24,000 nt of DNA from Thalassospira sp. TSL5-1 (GTDB lineage: Bacteria > Pseudomonadota > Alphaproteobacteria > Rhodospirillales > Thalassospiraceae): assembly GCF_001907695.1 (NCBI RefSeq), contig NZ_KV880639.1:50103-74102 (forward strand), in the 5' to 3' direction. Numbering within the stretch: the first letter of the stretch is position 1; every line of letters starts with the position of its first letter. Below the pieces are notes generated by a model that saw nothing but the letters and a program-made list of their open reading frames with translations, was not told the origin of the DNA and searched no databases. Below, in pieces: positions 14,306 through 23,984 of the stretch. Both the position numbers and the translations under genes were made by a program.

Positions 14306-15712
14306 ATGACGGAAGAAAACGGGCTTGAAACCATCACCGGAAATCACTTGAAACAGTGGGGACATGAGCCGGGCAAGCACTTTCCGAAACTGATTGAACG
14401 CGCCAATACCCTGCAAGCCGAGGGCGTGGTCATTGATCAGATTCGCGAAGCGCTTGAAAGCGAGAAAGTTGTTCCTCTCAATCTTCGTGCCAGGGGTGAA
14501 CTGACGTTTCACGAAAATATTCAGATCGCTCACCCCGACGAAGAGAACAATCTCTCCAAGGTTCGTGAAACCATGGTTGAGCTGATGCGCACGCCGACGA
14601 TTGTTGCCGGTGCGATCATGCCCGATGCCTGTCCCGCGGGACCGACAGGTACGATCCCGGTTGGCGGCGTGGTTGCAGCACGCAATGCTATTCACCCTGG
14701 CATGCATTCAGCCGATATCTGTTGCTCGGTTATGATGACCGACCTGGGATATGCAGACCCGAAGACCGTGTTGAATGCTGCACAATCGGTAACGCATTTC
14801 GGTCCGGGCGGTCGCCCGCAGGGCCAGCGTTTCACCGTTTCACTCGCCCTGATGGATGCGTTTCGCGAGAACCCGTTTCTGAACCACCCCAAAGCCTTGC
14901 GCATGGCGCAAGAGCATATGGGCACACAAGGAGACGGGAACCACTTCCTGTTTGTAGGCCGTTCACGCAAAACGGGACGAACGGCGATGATAACCCATCA
15001 CGGTTCGCGCGGTCCGGGTGCGCTTCTCTACAAGCATGGCATGACGGTTGCTGAACGTTTCCGCAAGCAGCTTTCACCGCAGACCCTGAAGCAAAATGCC
15101 TGGATTCCGGTCGATACACGGGAGGGACAGGACTATTGGGACGCCTTGCAACTGATCCGCAAATGGACAAAGGCCAACCATAATGCCATCCATCAAGCCA
15201 CCGTTGAGACGGCCGGGGTGCAGGACATGGGCGAGCGTTTCTGGAACGAACATAATTTCGTCTTCAAACGTGGCGATCTCTTCTATCACGGCAAAGGTGC
15301 CACGCCTGCCTGGGACGGTTATGCAAGTGATGCAACGGGTCTGACCCTCATCCCTCTCAACATGTCCGAGCCTGTGCTGGTGGTGCGTGGCAAGGATGCC
15401 GAAACGGGCCTTGGCTTCAGCCCGCATGGCGCGGGGCGCAATTTTTCCCGCTCCGAGCATCGCCGCCGTTCAGAAAACACGACGCCGGAAGCCATGCTGA
15501 AGGCGGAAACGGACGGGCTGGATATCCGCTTCCACGCCGGTGGAATTGACATTTCCGAACTGCCGTCCGGCTACAAGAGCGCCGAAAACGTGGTGTCTCA
15601 GATCGAGTCCTACGGTCTCGCAGATATTGACGACTATATCGACCCGTATGGCTGCATCATGGCCGGCAATGTTCCGCCTGTCTGGCGGCTACGCAAAGCG
15701 GGCAGACGATGA
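14306..15712 (+). CDS. rtcB: RtcB-family RNA 3'-phosphate/2',3'-cyclic phosphate ligase, divergent long form (468 aa)
   Basis: The RBS AGAGGAAAAG precedes the ATG. RtcB motifs are retained: MPDAC, HSADICCS (the D-x-x-C metal site), GDGNHF, HHGSRGPG, EHNF and PHGAGR (guanylylated His motif). It is about 60 aa longer at the N-terminus than the 408-aa E. coli enzyme (length from memory). Confidence 0.9.
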   Translation: MTEENGLETITGNHLKQWGHEPGKHFPKLIERANTLQAEGVVIDQIREALESEKVVPLNLRARGELTFHENIQIAHPDEENNLSKVRETMVELMRTPTIVAGAIMPDACPAGPTGTIPVGGVVAARNAIHPGMHSADICCSVMMTDLGYADPKTVLNAAQSVTHFGPGGRPQGQRFTVSLALMDAFRENPFLNHPKALRMAQEHMGTQGDGNHFLFVGRSRKTGRTAMITHHGSRGPGALLYKHGMTVAERFRKQLSPQTLKQNAWIPVDTREGQDYWDALQLIRKWTKANHNAIHQATVETAGVQDMGERFWNEHNFVFKRGDLFYHGKGATPAWDGYASDATGLTLIPLNMSEPVLVVRGKDAETGLGFSPHGAGRNFSRSEHRRRSENTTPEAMLKAETDGLDIRFHAGGIDISELPSGYKSAENVVSQIESYGLADIDDYIDPYGCIMAGNVPPVWRLRKAGRR

Positions 15713-15902
15713 GAGGATTGTCAGTTCGAGCAGCCGAACCTTGCCGGCACTGCCAAATAACGTTGTTGCCGAGAAAAAGGACTGCATTGCATCTTCCAGC
15801 CGCAATCAGCAGGATGCCCGGCCACAAGACAAACGTAACCGCGCCGAGACCCCGGAGTTTTCGGCTCATCCCCGTCCATTGCAAGCACATTTTGCATAAA
15901 GC

Positions 15903-15932
15903 AAAAGCCCGGCTCGTGAGAACCGGGCTTTT
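15903..15932. terminator. Bidirectional rho-independent terminator between the rtcB unit and tRNA-Met
   Basis: A 10-bp stem aaaagcccgg / ccgggctttt has A/T runs serving both strands. It lies 4 nt beyond the tRNA 3' end. Confidence 0.7.
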
Positions 15933-15936
15933 GAAT

Positions 15937-16013
15937 TGGTAGCGGAGGAGGGACTTGAACCCCCGACACGCGGATTATGATTCCGCTGCTCTAACCAGCT
16001 GAGCTACTCCGCC
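15937..16013 (-). tRNA. tRNA-Met (anticodon CAU), elongator-like; tRNA-Ile2(k2C) cannot be excluded
   Basis: The reverse complement folds as a cloverleaf. The acceptor is ggcggag/ctccgct (with G1-U72) and the D-arm is gctc-agctggtta-gagc. The anticodon arm is gcgga-AUCAUAA-tccgc and the T-arm is ggggg-TTCAAGT-ccctc. The CCA end is encoded. It lacks the initiator hallmarks (no 3 G-C pairs in the anticodon stem, no 1:72 mismatch). Confidence 0.9.
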
Positions 16014-16313
16014 ATATGGCTTTGTCTTTGGTGTTCCGTGTTGTCCGGAACGGGGCGGTTTTTACGTCAGGGAACCGCCCCCGTCAAGCGCCTTTTTGAC
16101 GTTTTTGTCAAAAAAGATTCCGACAAAATCGCAAGTGGCACAAAGCCTTGAAAAAACGCCCTCTGGCACAGGCCAAAGGGCGCATCCTGCCCGATATGGC
16201 GGGTTAAATTGCAAAGGGATGTCTGATAGCCCCTTATTTGGGCCTACAGGCTTGCATCAGACGAAAACACCGATGGATAAGTCGGTAACCGTCCGATGCC
16301 TTCCTGGCGCGTT

Positions 16314-17471
16314 TTAGGCGGCGTGGGCGCCATCTGTGGCGGTGTTATGTTCCTGGCTGCTGATCCAGCCGCCGCCCAGCACACGGTCGCCCTGATAGAT
16401 CACACCGGCCTGCCCCGGCGCGATGCCAAATTGCGGCGCATGCAAATCAATCCGCGCCTGACCGGGGGCATCGGCCACCGGATAGATGGTTGCCGTGGCC
16501 GGAGCCATTGCGGAACGCAGTTTGACTTCGACCTCAACACCTTCGGGATCGATGGAAGCTGCACCGAGCCAGTTCAGTTCCTTGATATAGATGCTGTGCT
16601 TTGCCAGTGCTGATTTGGGGCCAACAATGACCTGCCGGGTTTCGGGCACCAGTTTGACCACATAAAGCGGTTCCGCCGTGCCACCGATATTAAGGCCGCG
16701 ACGCTGGCCGACCGTGTAATGGATCAGCCCGCGATGATCGCCCATCACAGTGCCATTCACATCGACAATCTGGCCCGGTTCGCCTGCTTCGGGGCGCAGT
16801 TTTTCGACCAGACGGGCATATTTGCCATCGGGCACAAAGCAAATATCCTGGCTGTCGGGCTTATCGGCCACTTCAAGGCCAAACCGGGCGGCAAGTGCGC
16901 GGGTTTCGGCCTTGGACGTTAAATGACCCAACGGGAATCGCAGGAAATCCAGCTGGTCCTGGGTGGTAGTGAACAGGAAATAGCTTTGATCGCGGTTGGC
17001 ATCGGCAGCGCGGTGCAGTTCCGCCTGCCCGTTTGCGCCCAGTTTACGCTGCACATAATGGCCGGTTGCCATGCAATCCGCGCCCAGATCATGGGCGGTT
17101 TCCAGTAAATCGCGGAATTTGACGGTCTGATTGCATTTGACACAGGGAATCGGCGTTTCGCCGCGCAGATAGCTATCGGCAAAATCGTCGATCACTTCTT
17201 CGCGAAAGCGGCTTTCGTAATCAAGGACATAATAAGGAATATCAATATCCTCGGCCACCTTGCGGGCATCGTAAATATCGCGCCCGGCACAGCAGGATTT
17301 CGCCCGCGACGGTGCGTTTGCGCCCATATCATAAAGCTGCAGGGTAATCCCCACCACGTCATACCCTTCGGATTTCAAAAGGGCGGCGGCGGCCGAGCTA
17401 TCCACCCCGCCCGACATGGCAACAACCACGCGGGTATCTTCGGGGGCTTTGTCTATTCCAAGACTGTTCAT
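16314..17471 (-). CDS. mnmA: tRNA-specific 2-thiouridylase MnmA
   Basis: The PP-loop [18 protein letters not shown] is present, together with the conserved CCAGRD and CVKCN cysteines and a typical MnmA C-terminal barrel. I prefer ATG 17471 (AAGGGA upstream) to 17495. Confidence 0.9.
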   Translation of the reverse strand: MNSLGIDKAPEDTRVVVAMSGGVDSSAAAALLKSEGYDVVGITLQLYDMGANAPSRAKSCCAGRDIYDARKVAEDIDIPYYVLDYESRFREEVIDDFADSYLRGETPIPCVKCNQTVKFRDLLETAHDLGADCMATGHYVQRKLGANGQAELHRAADANRDQSYFLFTTTQDQLDFLRFPLGHLTSKAETRALAARFGLEVADKPDSQDICFVPDGKYARLVEKLRPEAGEPGQIVDVNGTVMGDHRGLIHYTVGQRRGLNIGGTAEPLYVVKLVPETRQVIVGPKSALAKHSIYIKELNWLGAASIDPEGVEVEVKLRSAMAPATATIYPVADAPGQARIDLHAPQFGIAPGQAGVIYQGDRVLGGGWISSQEHNTATDGAHAA

Positions 17472-17609
17472 CGTCAAATTCCCTTGGCCCACCATCGGTC
17501 AAGGCGATGGCGACCAGATTGTCGATCTCTGATCAGATATCTGTTTTAATGCGTTTGGTGCTTGTGCACCTTCATACGTATTCCGTTATGCCCATATAGG
17601 CGTTGCCGC

Positions 17610-18308
17610 CTATTTTGCCAGATCAAGGCCCATTTGCCAAAAATCGGCTTCAAGGCGGCTTGCCATCGCGAAGGTTTGCGTCAAATCGGCAATGCGGCCT
17701 TCGCCACCGCGTTTTTGCGCCAGGGCATCGAGCAAGGTAATTTCCGCCTTGGCAACATTCTGGAAATCCTCCGACGCATACATTTCAATCCATGCGCGGT
17801 AAGGATTGCCGTCCAGTTTTGTATCAGAACTTGCCATCAACCGGTTTGCGATTTCGGCATAGCCCACCATACAGGGCATCACAGCCACCTGCAGGTCAAT
17901 CACATCGCCCTGATGGCCCTTTTCCAGCACATAGCGCGTATAACCCACCGTTGCACGCGCTTCCGGCTGGCTGACAATATCGCCTTCGGAAAGGCCCCAG
18001 CCTTTGCAAAATTCAAGATGCAGGCTCATTTCCATATCGAGAATCGCCGACACCGTTTGTGAGAACTGGCGCATGGCGGCCAGATCATCGGCCTTATAGA
18101 CCGCAAGGGCATAGGCACGGGCAAACTGGATCAGAAACAGGTAATCCTGGATCAGGTAATGGCGGAAACATTCCTGCGGCAGGGTACCATCGCCCAGCTT
18201 GCGGACAAATTCATGATCCACATAGCTTTGCCAGACATCCGGCGCATTGGCACGCAGGCGGCCAAACAGACTGCTTTGCGGGATAATGTCGGTAAAGGGG
18301 CTGGTCAT
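17610..18308 (-). CDS. TenA/thiaminase-II family (heme-oxygenase-like fold) protein
   Basis: The sequence WQSYVDHEFVRKLGDGTLPQECFRHYLIQDYLFLIQFARAYA fits the TenA family pattern. It is 232 aa. Confidence 0.75.
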   Translation of the reverse strand: MTSPFTDIIPQSSLFGRLRANAPDVWQSYVDHEFVRKLGDGTLPQECFRHYLIQDYLFLIQFARAYALAVYKADDLAAMRQFSQTVSAILDMEMSLHLEFCKGWGLSEGDIVSQPEARATVGYTRYVLEKGHQGDVIDLQVAVMPCMVGYAEIANRLMASSDTKLDGNPYRAWIEMYASEDFQNVAKAEITLLDALAQKRGGEGRIADLTQTFAMASRLEADFWQMGLDLAK

Positions 18309-18356
18309 GGCATCTGATCCTGTTTTGCAAAAACATTACGGTTCAAAAACAGATCA

Positions 18357-18383
18357 GACCAGCCCGCGTTGGCGGGACTGGTC
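18357..18383 (-). terminator. Hairpin downstream of iscX (probable operon terminator)
   Basis: The stem gaccagcccgc (18357-18367) / gcggg-a-ctggtc (18372-18383) has one bulged A. On the minus strand it is followed by TGATCTGTTTTTG. Confidence 0.5.
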
Positions 18384-18418
18384 CATCTTTTAAATCGGCA
18401 AAGACCCGGCTACTGGCC

Positions 18419-18616
18419 TTAATCTTCGCGTTCCTCGATCCATGCCATCTGGATGGCCTCAAGGATTTTTTCGTTCGATGCTTCGGGATCGTCATCAAAG
18501 CCGGGCAATTCGCAAACCCATTTGTGCAAATCGGTAAAGCGAAGATGCAGGTTATCTACATCCGGATGGGCTTCTTCAAGTTCGATCGCGATATCGTAAG
18601 TATCTGTCCAGCGCAT
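18419..18616 (-). CDS. iscX: Fe-S cluster assembly protein IscX
   Basis: MRWTDTYDIAIELEEAHPDVDNLHLRFTDLHKWVCELPGFDDDPEASNEKILEAIQMAWIEE closely parallels E. coli IscX/YfhJ (..FDDDPQASNEKILEAI.., recalled from memory). The start is at ATG 18616 behind AAGGGGA. Confidence 0.85.
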   Translation of the reverse strand: MRWTDTYDIAIELEEAHPDVDNLHLRFTDLHKWVCELPGFDDDPEASNEKILEAIQMAWIEERED

Positions 18617-18667
18617 CGTCGTCCCCTTTTGCGGGTGAAAAGGCAAGGCGGCAAACAGGCCTGCTGA

Positions 18668-19003
18668 TTACTTGTCGACCATCATGTTACGAGTGGCCGA
18701 AGGCAGCTTCACGCGCAGGCCGTCCAGCTCGTCGCTCATGATGATCTGGCAGCCAAGACGCGACGTTTCTGTCAGGCCAAAAGCCAGGTCCAGCATGTCT
18801 TCTTCGTCTTCACTGGGTTCTTCCAGTTTGTCGAACCAGTCGCCATCCACAACAACGTGGCAGGTCGAACATGCCAGCGAGCCTTCGCAGGCACCTTCCA
18901 GATCGATGCCGTTTTTATGCGCGGCTTCAAGAACGGACAACCCGTCGGCGACCTCGAATTCCTTTTCCGTACCGTCAGGTTCTACAAAAACGATCTTGGG
19001 CAT
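18668..19003 (-). CDS. fdx: ISC-type [2Fe-2S] ferredoxin
   Basis: The adrenodoxin-type cluster motif reads [12 protein letters not shown]...C. It is 111 aa and lies between hscA and iscX. Confidence 0.9.
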   Translation of the reverse strand: MPKIVFVEPDGTEKEFEVADGLSVLEAAHKNGIDLEGACEGSLACSTCHVVVDGDWFDKLEEPSEDEEDMLDLAFGLTETSRLGCQIIMSDELDGLRVKLPSATRNMMVDK

Positions 19004-19117
19004 CTGCGCCTTTCTCCTCGAATTTAATTCTGTTTCGATCTCTGTTTATCAACCCGCTATGGCGATGTGCGGGACAATCGCCGTAGCGGCACCATTTGTC
19101 AATTCATCTGCGCCCGA

Positions 19118-21025
19118 TTAAGGGCTGACATTGTTCACATTCTGGCCAGCAAGTGCGCGGCGAATGCCGCGATCCATGCGTTTTTCGGCAAACGGGCGCG
19201 ATGCCGCGTCCAGTGCCTCGGCCAGATCATTAATCACCTGGCGGTCATCGCCCTGCATGGCGGCCTCAAGTTCGCCGACCGCCGCATCAATGGCTGTCTT
19301 ATCCTGATCATCGAGCAATTCGGCATCGGCCTTCATGGCCGCCTGAACAGCCAGAATATTACGTCGCGCCTCTACCCGGGCTTCGGTCAGCAGGCGCAGT
19401 TCCATATCGTCGCGGGCATGCACCATGCTGTCGCGCAGCATATTCGCCATGTCCGCTTCGTTAATGCCATAGGTGGGCTTCACGGCCACTTCCTGCTCGA
19501 CCCCCGTGGTTTCTTCGCGGGCGGAAACGGTTAACAGACCATCGGCATCCACCTGGAAGGTTACACGAATGCGCGCCGCCCCCGCCGCCATTGGCGGAAT
19601 GCCGCTGAGCACAAAGCGTGCAAGCGAGCGGCATTGATCGACCATTTCGCGTTCGCCCTGCACCACATGGATCATCATGGCACTCTGACCATCCTGATAA
19701 GTGGTAAATTCCTGGCCCTTGGCAACCGGGATCGGCGTGTTGCGGTCAATGACCTTTTCAACAATCCCGCCCATTGTTTCCAGTCCCAGCGACAGCGGAA
19801 TAACATCCAAAAGCAGGTTATCCGACCCGCCCGTCAGCGCCTCGGCCTGCAGGGCAGCACCGACGGCCACCACTTCGTCCGGATCGATATTGGAAAGAGG
19901 CTCCTGTTCAAACAGGGCGGCAACAGCAGCACGCACCGCAGGCACACGGGTGGAACCACCCACCAGCACCACACCCTTGACGTCTTCGGGCAGCACATCG
20001 GCATCATCAAGCACCTGTTCGGTGATTGAAACCGTGCGTGCCACCATCGGTGCGATCATGGCATCAAAATCGGCGCGGGTGATGCTATGCGTGGTTTCGC
20101 TGTCATTAATATCCACGGCCACATCAATCTGGTCCTGATCGGTCAGGGCTTCCTTGATGGCACGGGCGATTTTCAGCAGGCGCTTGGCTGCCGAAGAATC
20201 GATATTATCGGCAATGCCCTGCCCCTTGCGGTCAGCCAAAATGGCCTCGACAATCGCATGGTCAAAATCATCGCCGCCCAGGGCCGCATCACCTCCGGTG
20301 GATTTCACCTGAAAAACGCCCTTTTGCATTTTCAGAAGCGAAATATCAAAGGTGCCCCCACCCAGATCATAAACAGCGTAAAGCCCCTCTGCCCCGTTAT
20401 CGAGGCCATAGGCAAGGGCTGCTGCGGTTGGTTCGTTAACCAGGCGCAAAACCTCGATCCCGGCCAGTTTGGCGGCATCCTTGGTCGCGGTGCGCGCCGC
20501 ATCGTCAAAATAGGCAGGCACCGTAATCACGGCCTGTTCCACATCCTGCTCCAGCGCCTGTTCGGCCCGGGTTTTCAGGGTGCGTAAAATATCGGCCGAC
20601 ACCTCGACCGGGGTTAACACCCGGTTGCCAACATTCAGGCGCACCATTTGTGGTTCGGCATTATCGGCATCGGTTGGCGCTTCGGGAATTTCAACATGAT
20701 ACGGCAGCGTTCCCGCCACCGATTTGACATCCTCAAGGCCCCTGCCCATCAGCCGCTTGACCGAGGAAACCACCTGACTGGCCTGGCTGTCGATCAGATC
20801 ACGGGCATCCTCGCCAACGGTGACGGTGCCATCCGTGGCATAATGTACCACCGACGGCACAATGGCGGATCCGCCATCGGCATTGCGCAGCACTTCGGAT
20901 TTTTCGTTGCGCGACATCGCCACGACCGAGTTGGTTGTGCCCAAATCAATCCCGACCGCCAGTTTACGTTCTTCCTCGTGGGGAAGCGGGGTTTGTCCGG
21001 GTTCGTGGATGGTCAGCAAAGCCAT
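19118..21025 (-). CDS. hscA: Fe-S cluster assembly chaperone HscA (Hsp70 family)
   Basis: Hsp70 signatures are present ([29 protein letters not shown]). It is 635 aa and sits at the expected operon position. Confidence 0.95.
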   Translation of the reverse strand: MALLTIHEPGQTPLPHEEERKLAVGIDLGTTNSVVAMSRNEKSEVLRNADGGSAIVPSVVHYATDGTVTVGEDARDLIDSQASQVVSSVKRLMGRGLEDVKSVAGTLPYHVEIPEAPTDADNAEPQMVRLNVGNRVLTPVEVSADILRTLKTRAEQALEQDVEQAVITVPAYFDDAARTATKDAAKLAGIEVLRLVNEPTAAALAYGLDNGAEGLYAVYDLGGGTFDISLLKMQKGVFQVKSTGGDAALGGDDFDHAIVEAILADRKGQGIADNIDSSAAKRLLKIARAIKEALTDQDQIDVAVDINDSETTHSITRADFDAMIAPMVARTVSITEQVLDDADVLPEDVKGVVLVGGSTRVPAVRAAVAALFEQEPLSNIDPDEVVAVGAALQAEALTGGSDNLLLDVIPLSLGLETMGGIVEKVIDRNTPIPVAKGQEFTTYQDGQSAMMIHVVQGEREMVDQCRSLARFVLSGIPPMAAGAARIRVTFQVDADGLLTVSAREETTGVEQEVAVKPTYGINEADMANMLRDSMVHARDDMELRLLTEARVEARRNILAVQAAMKADAELLDDQDKTAIDAAVGELEAAMQGDDRQVINDLAEALDAASRPFAEKRMDRGIRRALAGQNVNNVSP

Positions 21026-21046
21026 AAATTCAATCCGTTTATTGTA

Positions 21047-21685
21047 TCAGGCCGCAGCCAAGCGCGCCTTTTTGGCACGCGCTTCCTGCGCCATTTTTAA
21101 CAGATAACGCAACCGCGTCGTCAATTTGCGGGCCGCATCATAGGCCCCGCTATTGATCGCCGTTGCCACTTCCTTTTCGCAATCGCGCGCCATTTTACGC
21201 ACGTCACGCACAATTGCATCAATTGCCGCACGGTCCCCGGCATCATCCAGGGCCTCGCGCATTTCCATTGCCTCCATCAGCAGGGCGGGGTCATTTACGG
21301 TTTGTCCCTCGCCGCCTTCGGGCTCCACCCCGTTCATGCGCATCATATATTCCGCACGCGAAACCGGGTTTTTCAGGGTTTCAAAGGCATCATTCAGGCT
21401 GGCGGCCTGTTGCTGCGACAGGGACTTCTCGCGTGCCGATTTGGTGGCGAAACGGTCCGGGTGCAGGGTTTGCTGCTGCTTGAGGTACTGGGCCTCAACG
21501 GCATCAATATCGACATTGAAATCACGCGGGATTTCAAAACGGGCAAAATGATCCAGCTGGCCGGGAGCCTGAATGGCCCCGCAGGTATCACAAAACAGCG
21601 CCACCGCCGCCACCGGCCCCTTACAGGACCAGCAGGTCTTATCGCCACCGGTGTTGGATTTGCTCTGTTCTGACGCAGCAGTCAT
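21047..21685 (-). CDS. hscB: Fe-S cluster co-chaperone HscB (J-type) with an N-terminal CxxC...CxxC extension
   Basis: The J-domain HPD motif is present (LHPDRF), followed by the C-terminal helical HscB domain. The N-terminus reads CWSC-x10-CDTC. Confidence 0.9.
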   Translation of the reverse strand: MTAASEQSKSNTGGDKTCWSCKGPVAAVALFCDTCGAIQAPGQLDHFARFEIPRDFNVDIDAVEAQYLKQQQTLHPDRFATKSAREKSLSQQQAASLNDAFETLKNPVSRAEYMMRMNGVEPEGGEGQTVNDPALLMEAMEMREALDDAGDRAAIDAIVRDVRKMARDCEKEVATAINSGAYDAARKLTTRLRYLLKMAQEARAKKARLAAA

Positions 21686-21847
21686 AATATTTTGGCCTGT
21701 ATCGTGTTTTTGTCATGCAAACGGCAATGCAACATTGCCGGTCACGCCACTTTTCCGCCATATGCAACCCGCTTGGCCCTTTGGGTGGCCTTTTTCCCGG
21801 GTTGCAAATGCCGACTGTGAACCGACTGTAAATTTGCGGCTATCAAG

Positions 21848-21879
21848 GGATGGCCCCGGCGCAAGCACCGGGGCCATCC
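21848..21879. repeat. Perfect 12-bp inverted repeat in the iscA-hscB spacer
   Basis: The repeat is ggatggccccgg (21848-21859) / ccggggccatcc (21868-21879) with an 8-nt loop. No U-tract is present on the transcribed (minus) strand. Confidence 0.6.
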
Positions 21880-21908
21880 TCCAGATCAGGGCCGGAAACC
21901 CGGCGACA

Positions 21909-22250
21909 TTAAACGTGGAAGGATTCCCCACAACCGCAACGCCCTTTTTCGTTGGGATTACGAAAGACGAAACCTTCTTCCATTTTATCGACCGAATAAT
22001 CCATTTCGGTACCCAGCACAAACATGATTGCCTTGGGGTCGATCATCAGCTTCACGCCGTCATCAAGCTGTACGACTTCGTCGAACCCGCTTTCATCATC
22101 GGCGTATTCCAGCGTGTATGACAGACCCGAACAACCCTTGCTGCGCACACCCAAACGGATACCCGCAGACGGTTTGCCGCGGCTTGCCAGCAATGCCTTG
22201 ATATGATCAAGCGCACTGGGTGTTACATTGATAGGGGCCGGTAATGCCAT
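21909..22250 (-). CDS. iscA: Iron-sulfur cluster insertion/A-type carrier protein IscA
   Basis: The motifs GCSGLSY and the C-terminal CGCGESF are present. It is 113 aa. Confidence 0.9.
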   Translation of the reverse strand: MALPAPINVTPSALDHIKALLASRGKPSAGIRLGVRSKGCSGLSYTLEYADDESGFDEVVQLDDGVKLMIDPKAIMFVLGTEMDYSVDKMEEGFVFRNPNEKGRCGCGESFHV

Positions 22251-22295
22251 CCTGGTCTCCTTGTCTCCAGATCGTCAGCTGGTTGGTAAAGCGGC

Positions 22296-22700
22296 TTATT
22301 CAGCCGCTTCAACCTCGGCTTTGCCGTTTTTGGTATTGTAATCACTGATCGCGGCCTTGATCGCGTCTTCCGCAAGGATCGAGCAGTGAATTTTAACCGG
22401 CGGCAATGCCAGTTCTTCGGCAATCTGCGAGTTCTTGATCGCACCGGCTTCGGCAATCGTCTTGCCCTTGACCCATTCGGTGATCAGCGAGCTTGACGCA
22501 ATCGCGGAACCACAGCCAAAGGTTTTGAATTTCGCATCTTCAATGATGCCTTCTGCCGAAACCTTGATCTGCAATTTCATCACGTCGCCGCAAGCCGGAG
22601 CGCCAACAAGGCCGGTACCAACCGAAGATTCGTTTTTGTCAAACGAACCAACATTGCGCGGGTTTTCGTAATGATCGATGAGTTTTTCACTGTAAGCCAT
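22296..22700 (-). CDS. iscU: Fe-S cluster scaffold IscU
   Basis: The sequence MAYSEKLIDHYENPRNVG...GAPACGDVMKL...FGCGSAIASSS...LPPVKIHCS has all three conserved Cys residues and the LPPVK HscA-binding motif. Confidence 0.95.
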   Translation of the reverse strand: MAYSEKLIDHYENPRNVGSFDKNESSVGTGLVGAPACGDVMKLQIKVSAEGIIEDAKFKTFGCGSAIASSSLITEWVKGKTIAEAGAIKNSQIAEELALPPVKIHCSILAEDAIKAAISDYNTKNGKAEVEAAE

Positions 22701-22760
22701 TTTTAGAACCCTCCTAGAAGTCCTGTGTCTCTCTTGATTTTAATATAGTACGCCAGGCGA

Positions 22761-23984
22761 TTAATGCTCGGCCCACTCGATAGATTTTATGTCGATGCCT
22801 TCCTGCGCCATTTCCCAAAGCGGGCTCATTTCACGCAGGCGTTCCACTTCGTTGCAGATCGCATCAACAGCCTGGTCAAGTTCTTCGCGGGTGGTAAAGC
22901 GACCAATGCCGATACGAAGCGAGGTGTGGGCCAGTTCTTCGTCAACACCTAGGGCACGCAGCACATAGGACGGCTCCAGCGACGCAGAGGTGCAGGCGGA
23001 ACCCGACGATACCGCAATATTCTTGATGCCCATCAGAAGGCTTTCACCCTCGACATAGGCAAAAGAGATATTGAGGTTGCCAGCGACGCGGTTTTCCTCG
23101 TCGCCATTTAGGTAAATGTCGGCCAGACGTTCGCGGAAACGGTTCAGCGTATAATTACGCAGTTCCATAATGCGGGCGTTTTCTTCGGCCATTTCGTTCT
23201 GGGCAATGTCACATGCCTTGCCAAGGCCCACGATCAGCGGGGTCGGCAACGTGCCCGAACGCATGCCGCGTTCCTGACCACCACCGGTGATCTGGGCAAC
23301 AACACGCACCCGCGGACGACGGCGGACAAACAGGGCGCCAACGCCTTTAGGGCCATAAATCTTGTGACCCGAAATCGACATCAGGTCGATTTTCATATCG
23401 TTGACATCCAGCGGAATTTTGCCAACCGCCTGGGCGGCATCACAATGGAAGAACACACCGCGTTCGCGGCAAATTTCACCAATTTCCTTCAGCGGCTGGA
23501 TCACACCGATTTCATTGTGAACCGCCATGATCGAAACCAGGGCCGTTTCATCGGTAATCGCTTCTTTCAGTTGCTCAAGGTCAACCAGGCCATTCTGCTG
23601 AACCGGAAGATAGGTAACTTTATACCCTTCCTGTTCCAGATGGCGGGCACTGTCGAGAACGCATTTGTGTTCCGTTACGGTGGTGATGAGATGCGGCTTT
23701 TTCTTGCCGTAAAACTTCATCACGCCCTTAAGCGCCAGGTTGTTGGATTCCGTCGCACCCGAGGTAAAAATAATTTCCTTGGATGATGCACCGATAATCG
23801 AGGCAACCTGCCCACGGGCAAGCTCGATCGCGTCTTCGGCTTCCCAGCCGAACGAATGGTTCCGCGAGTGGGCATTACCGAATTTCTCATAGAAATAAGG
23901 CAGCATTGCATCAACGACACGCGGGTCGGTCGGCGTTGTCGCCTGATAGTCCAGATAGATCGGCTTTGCTTTAAGCTCGTTCAT
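22761..23984 (-). CDS. iscS: Cysteine desulfurase IscS
   Basis: The PLP-lysine motif [12 protein letters not shown] and the active-site loop SSGSACTS are present. It is 407 aa and is the first visible gene of the isc operon in this window. Confidence 0.95.
   Translation of the reverse strand: MNELKAKPIYLDYQATTPTDPRVVDAMLPYFYEKFGNAHSRNHSFGWEAEDAIELARGQVASIIGASSKEIIFTSGATESNNLALKGVMKFYGKKKPHLITTVTEHKCVLDSARHLEQEGYKVTYLPVQQNGLVDLEQLKEAITDETALVSIMAVHNEIGVIQPLKEIGEICRERGVFFHCDAAQAVGKIPLDVNDMKIDLMSISGHKIYGPKGVGALFVRRRPRVRVVAQITGGGQERGMRSGTLPTPLIVGLGKACDIAQNEMAEENARIMELRNYTLNRFRERLADIYLNGDEENRVAGNLNISFAYVEGESLLMGIKNIAVSSGSACTSASLEPSYVLRALGVDEELAHTSLRIGIGRFTTREELDQAVDAICNEVERLREMSPLWEMAQEGIDIKSIEWAEH

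Noticed and set aside
15657-15890. A minus-strand 77-aa ORF with a hydrophobic stretch (MSRKLRGLGAVTFVLWPGILLIAAG..) downstream of rtcB. It could be a small membrane protein or a toxin.
   Set aside because: It would overlap the 3' end of rtcB by about 55 nt. It sits immediately behind the tRNA terminator, which leaves no room for a promoter, and it has no lipobox or convincing RBS. It is kept only as a remote possibility.
15709-15942. A plus-strand 77-aa ORF after rtcB, as a candidate for the missing rtcA.
   Set aside because: It is far too short for RNA cyclase. It is Arg/Pro-rich, runs through the terminator hairpin into the tRNA gene, and has no RtcA motifs.
16096-16317. A 73-aa plus-strand ORF between tRNA-Met and mnmA.
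   Set aside because: It has no RBS and no recognisable domain. It spans the promoter and hairpin region of the tRNA and runs into the mnmA 3' end.
17596-17613. A hairpin, ataggcg-ttgc-cgcctat, at the TenA-family gene stop, as a possible terminator.
   Set aside because: On the transcribed (minus) strand it is not followed by a U-tract. The T-run is on the wrong side. It is probably incidental.
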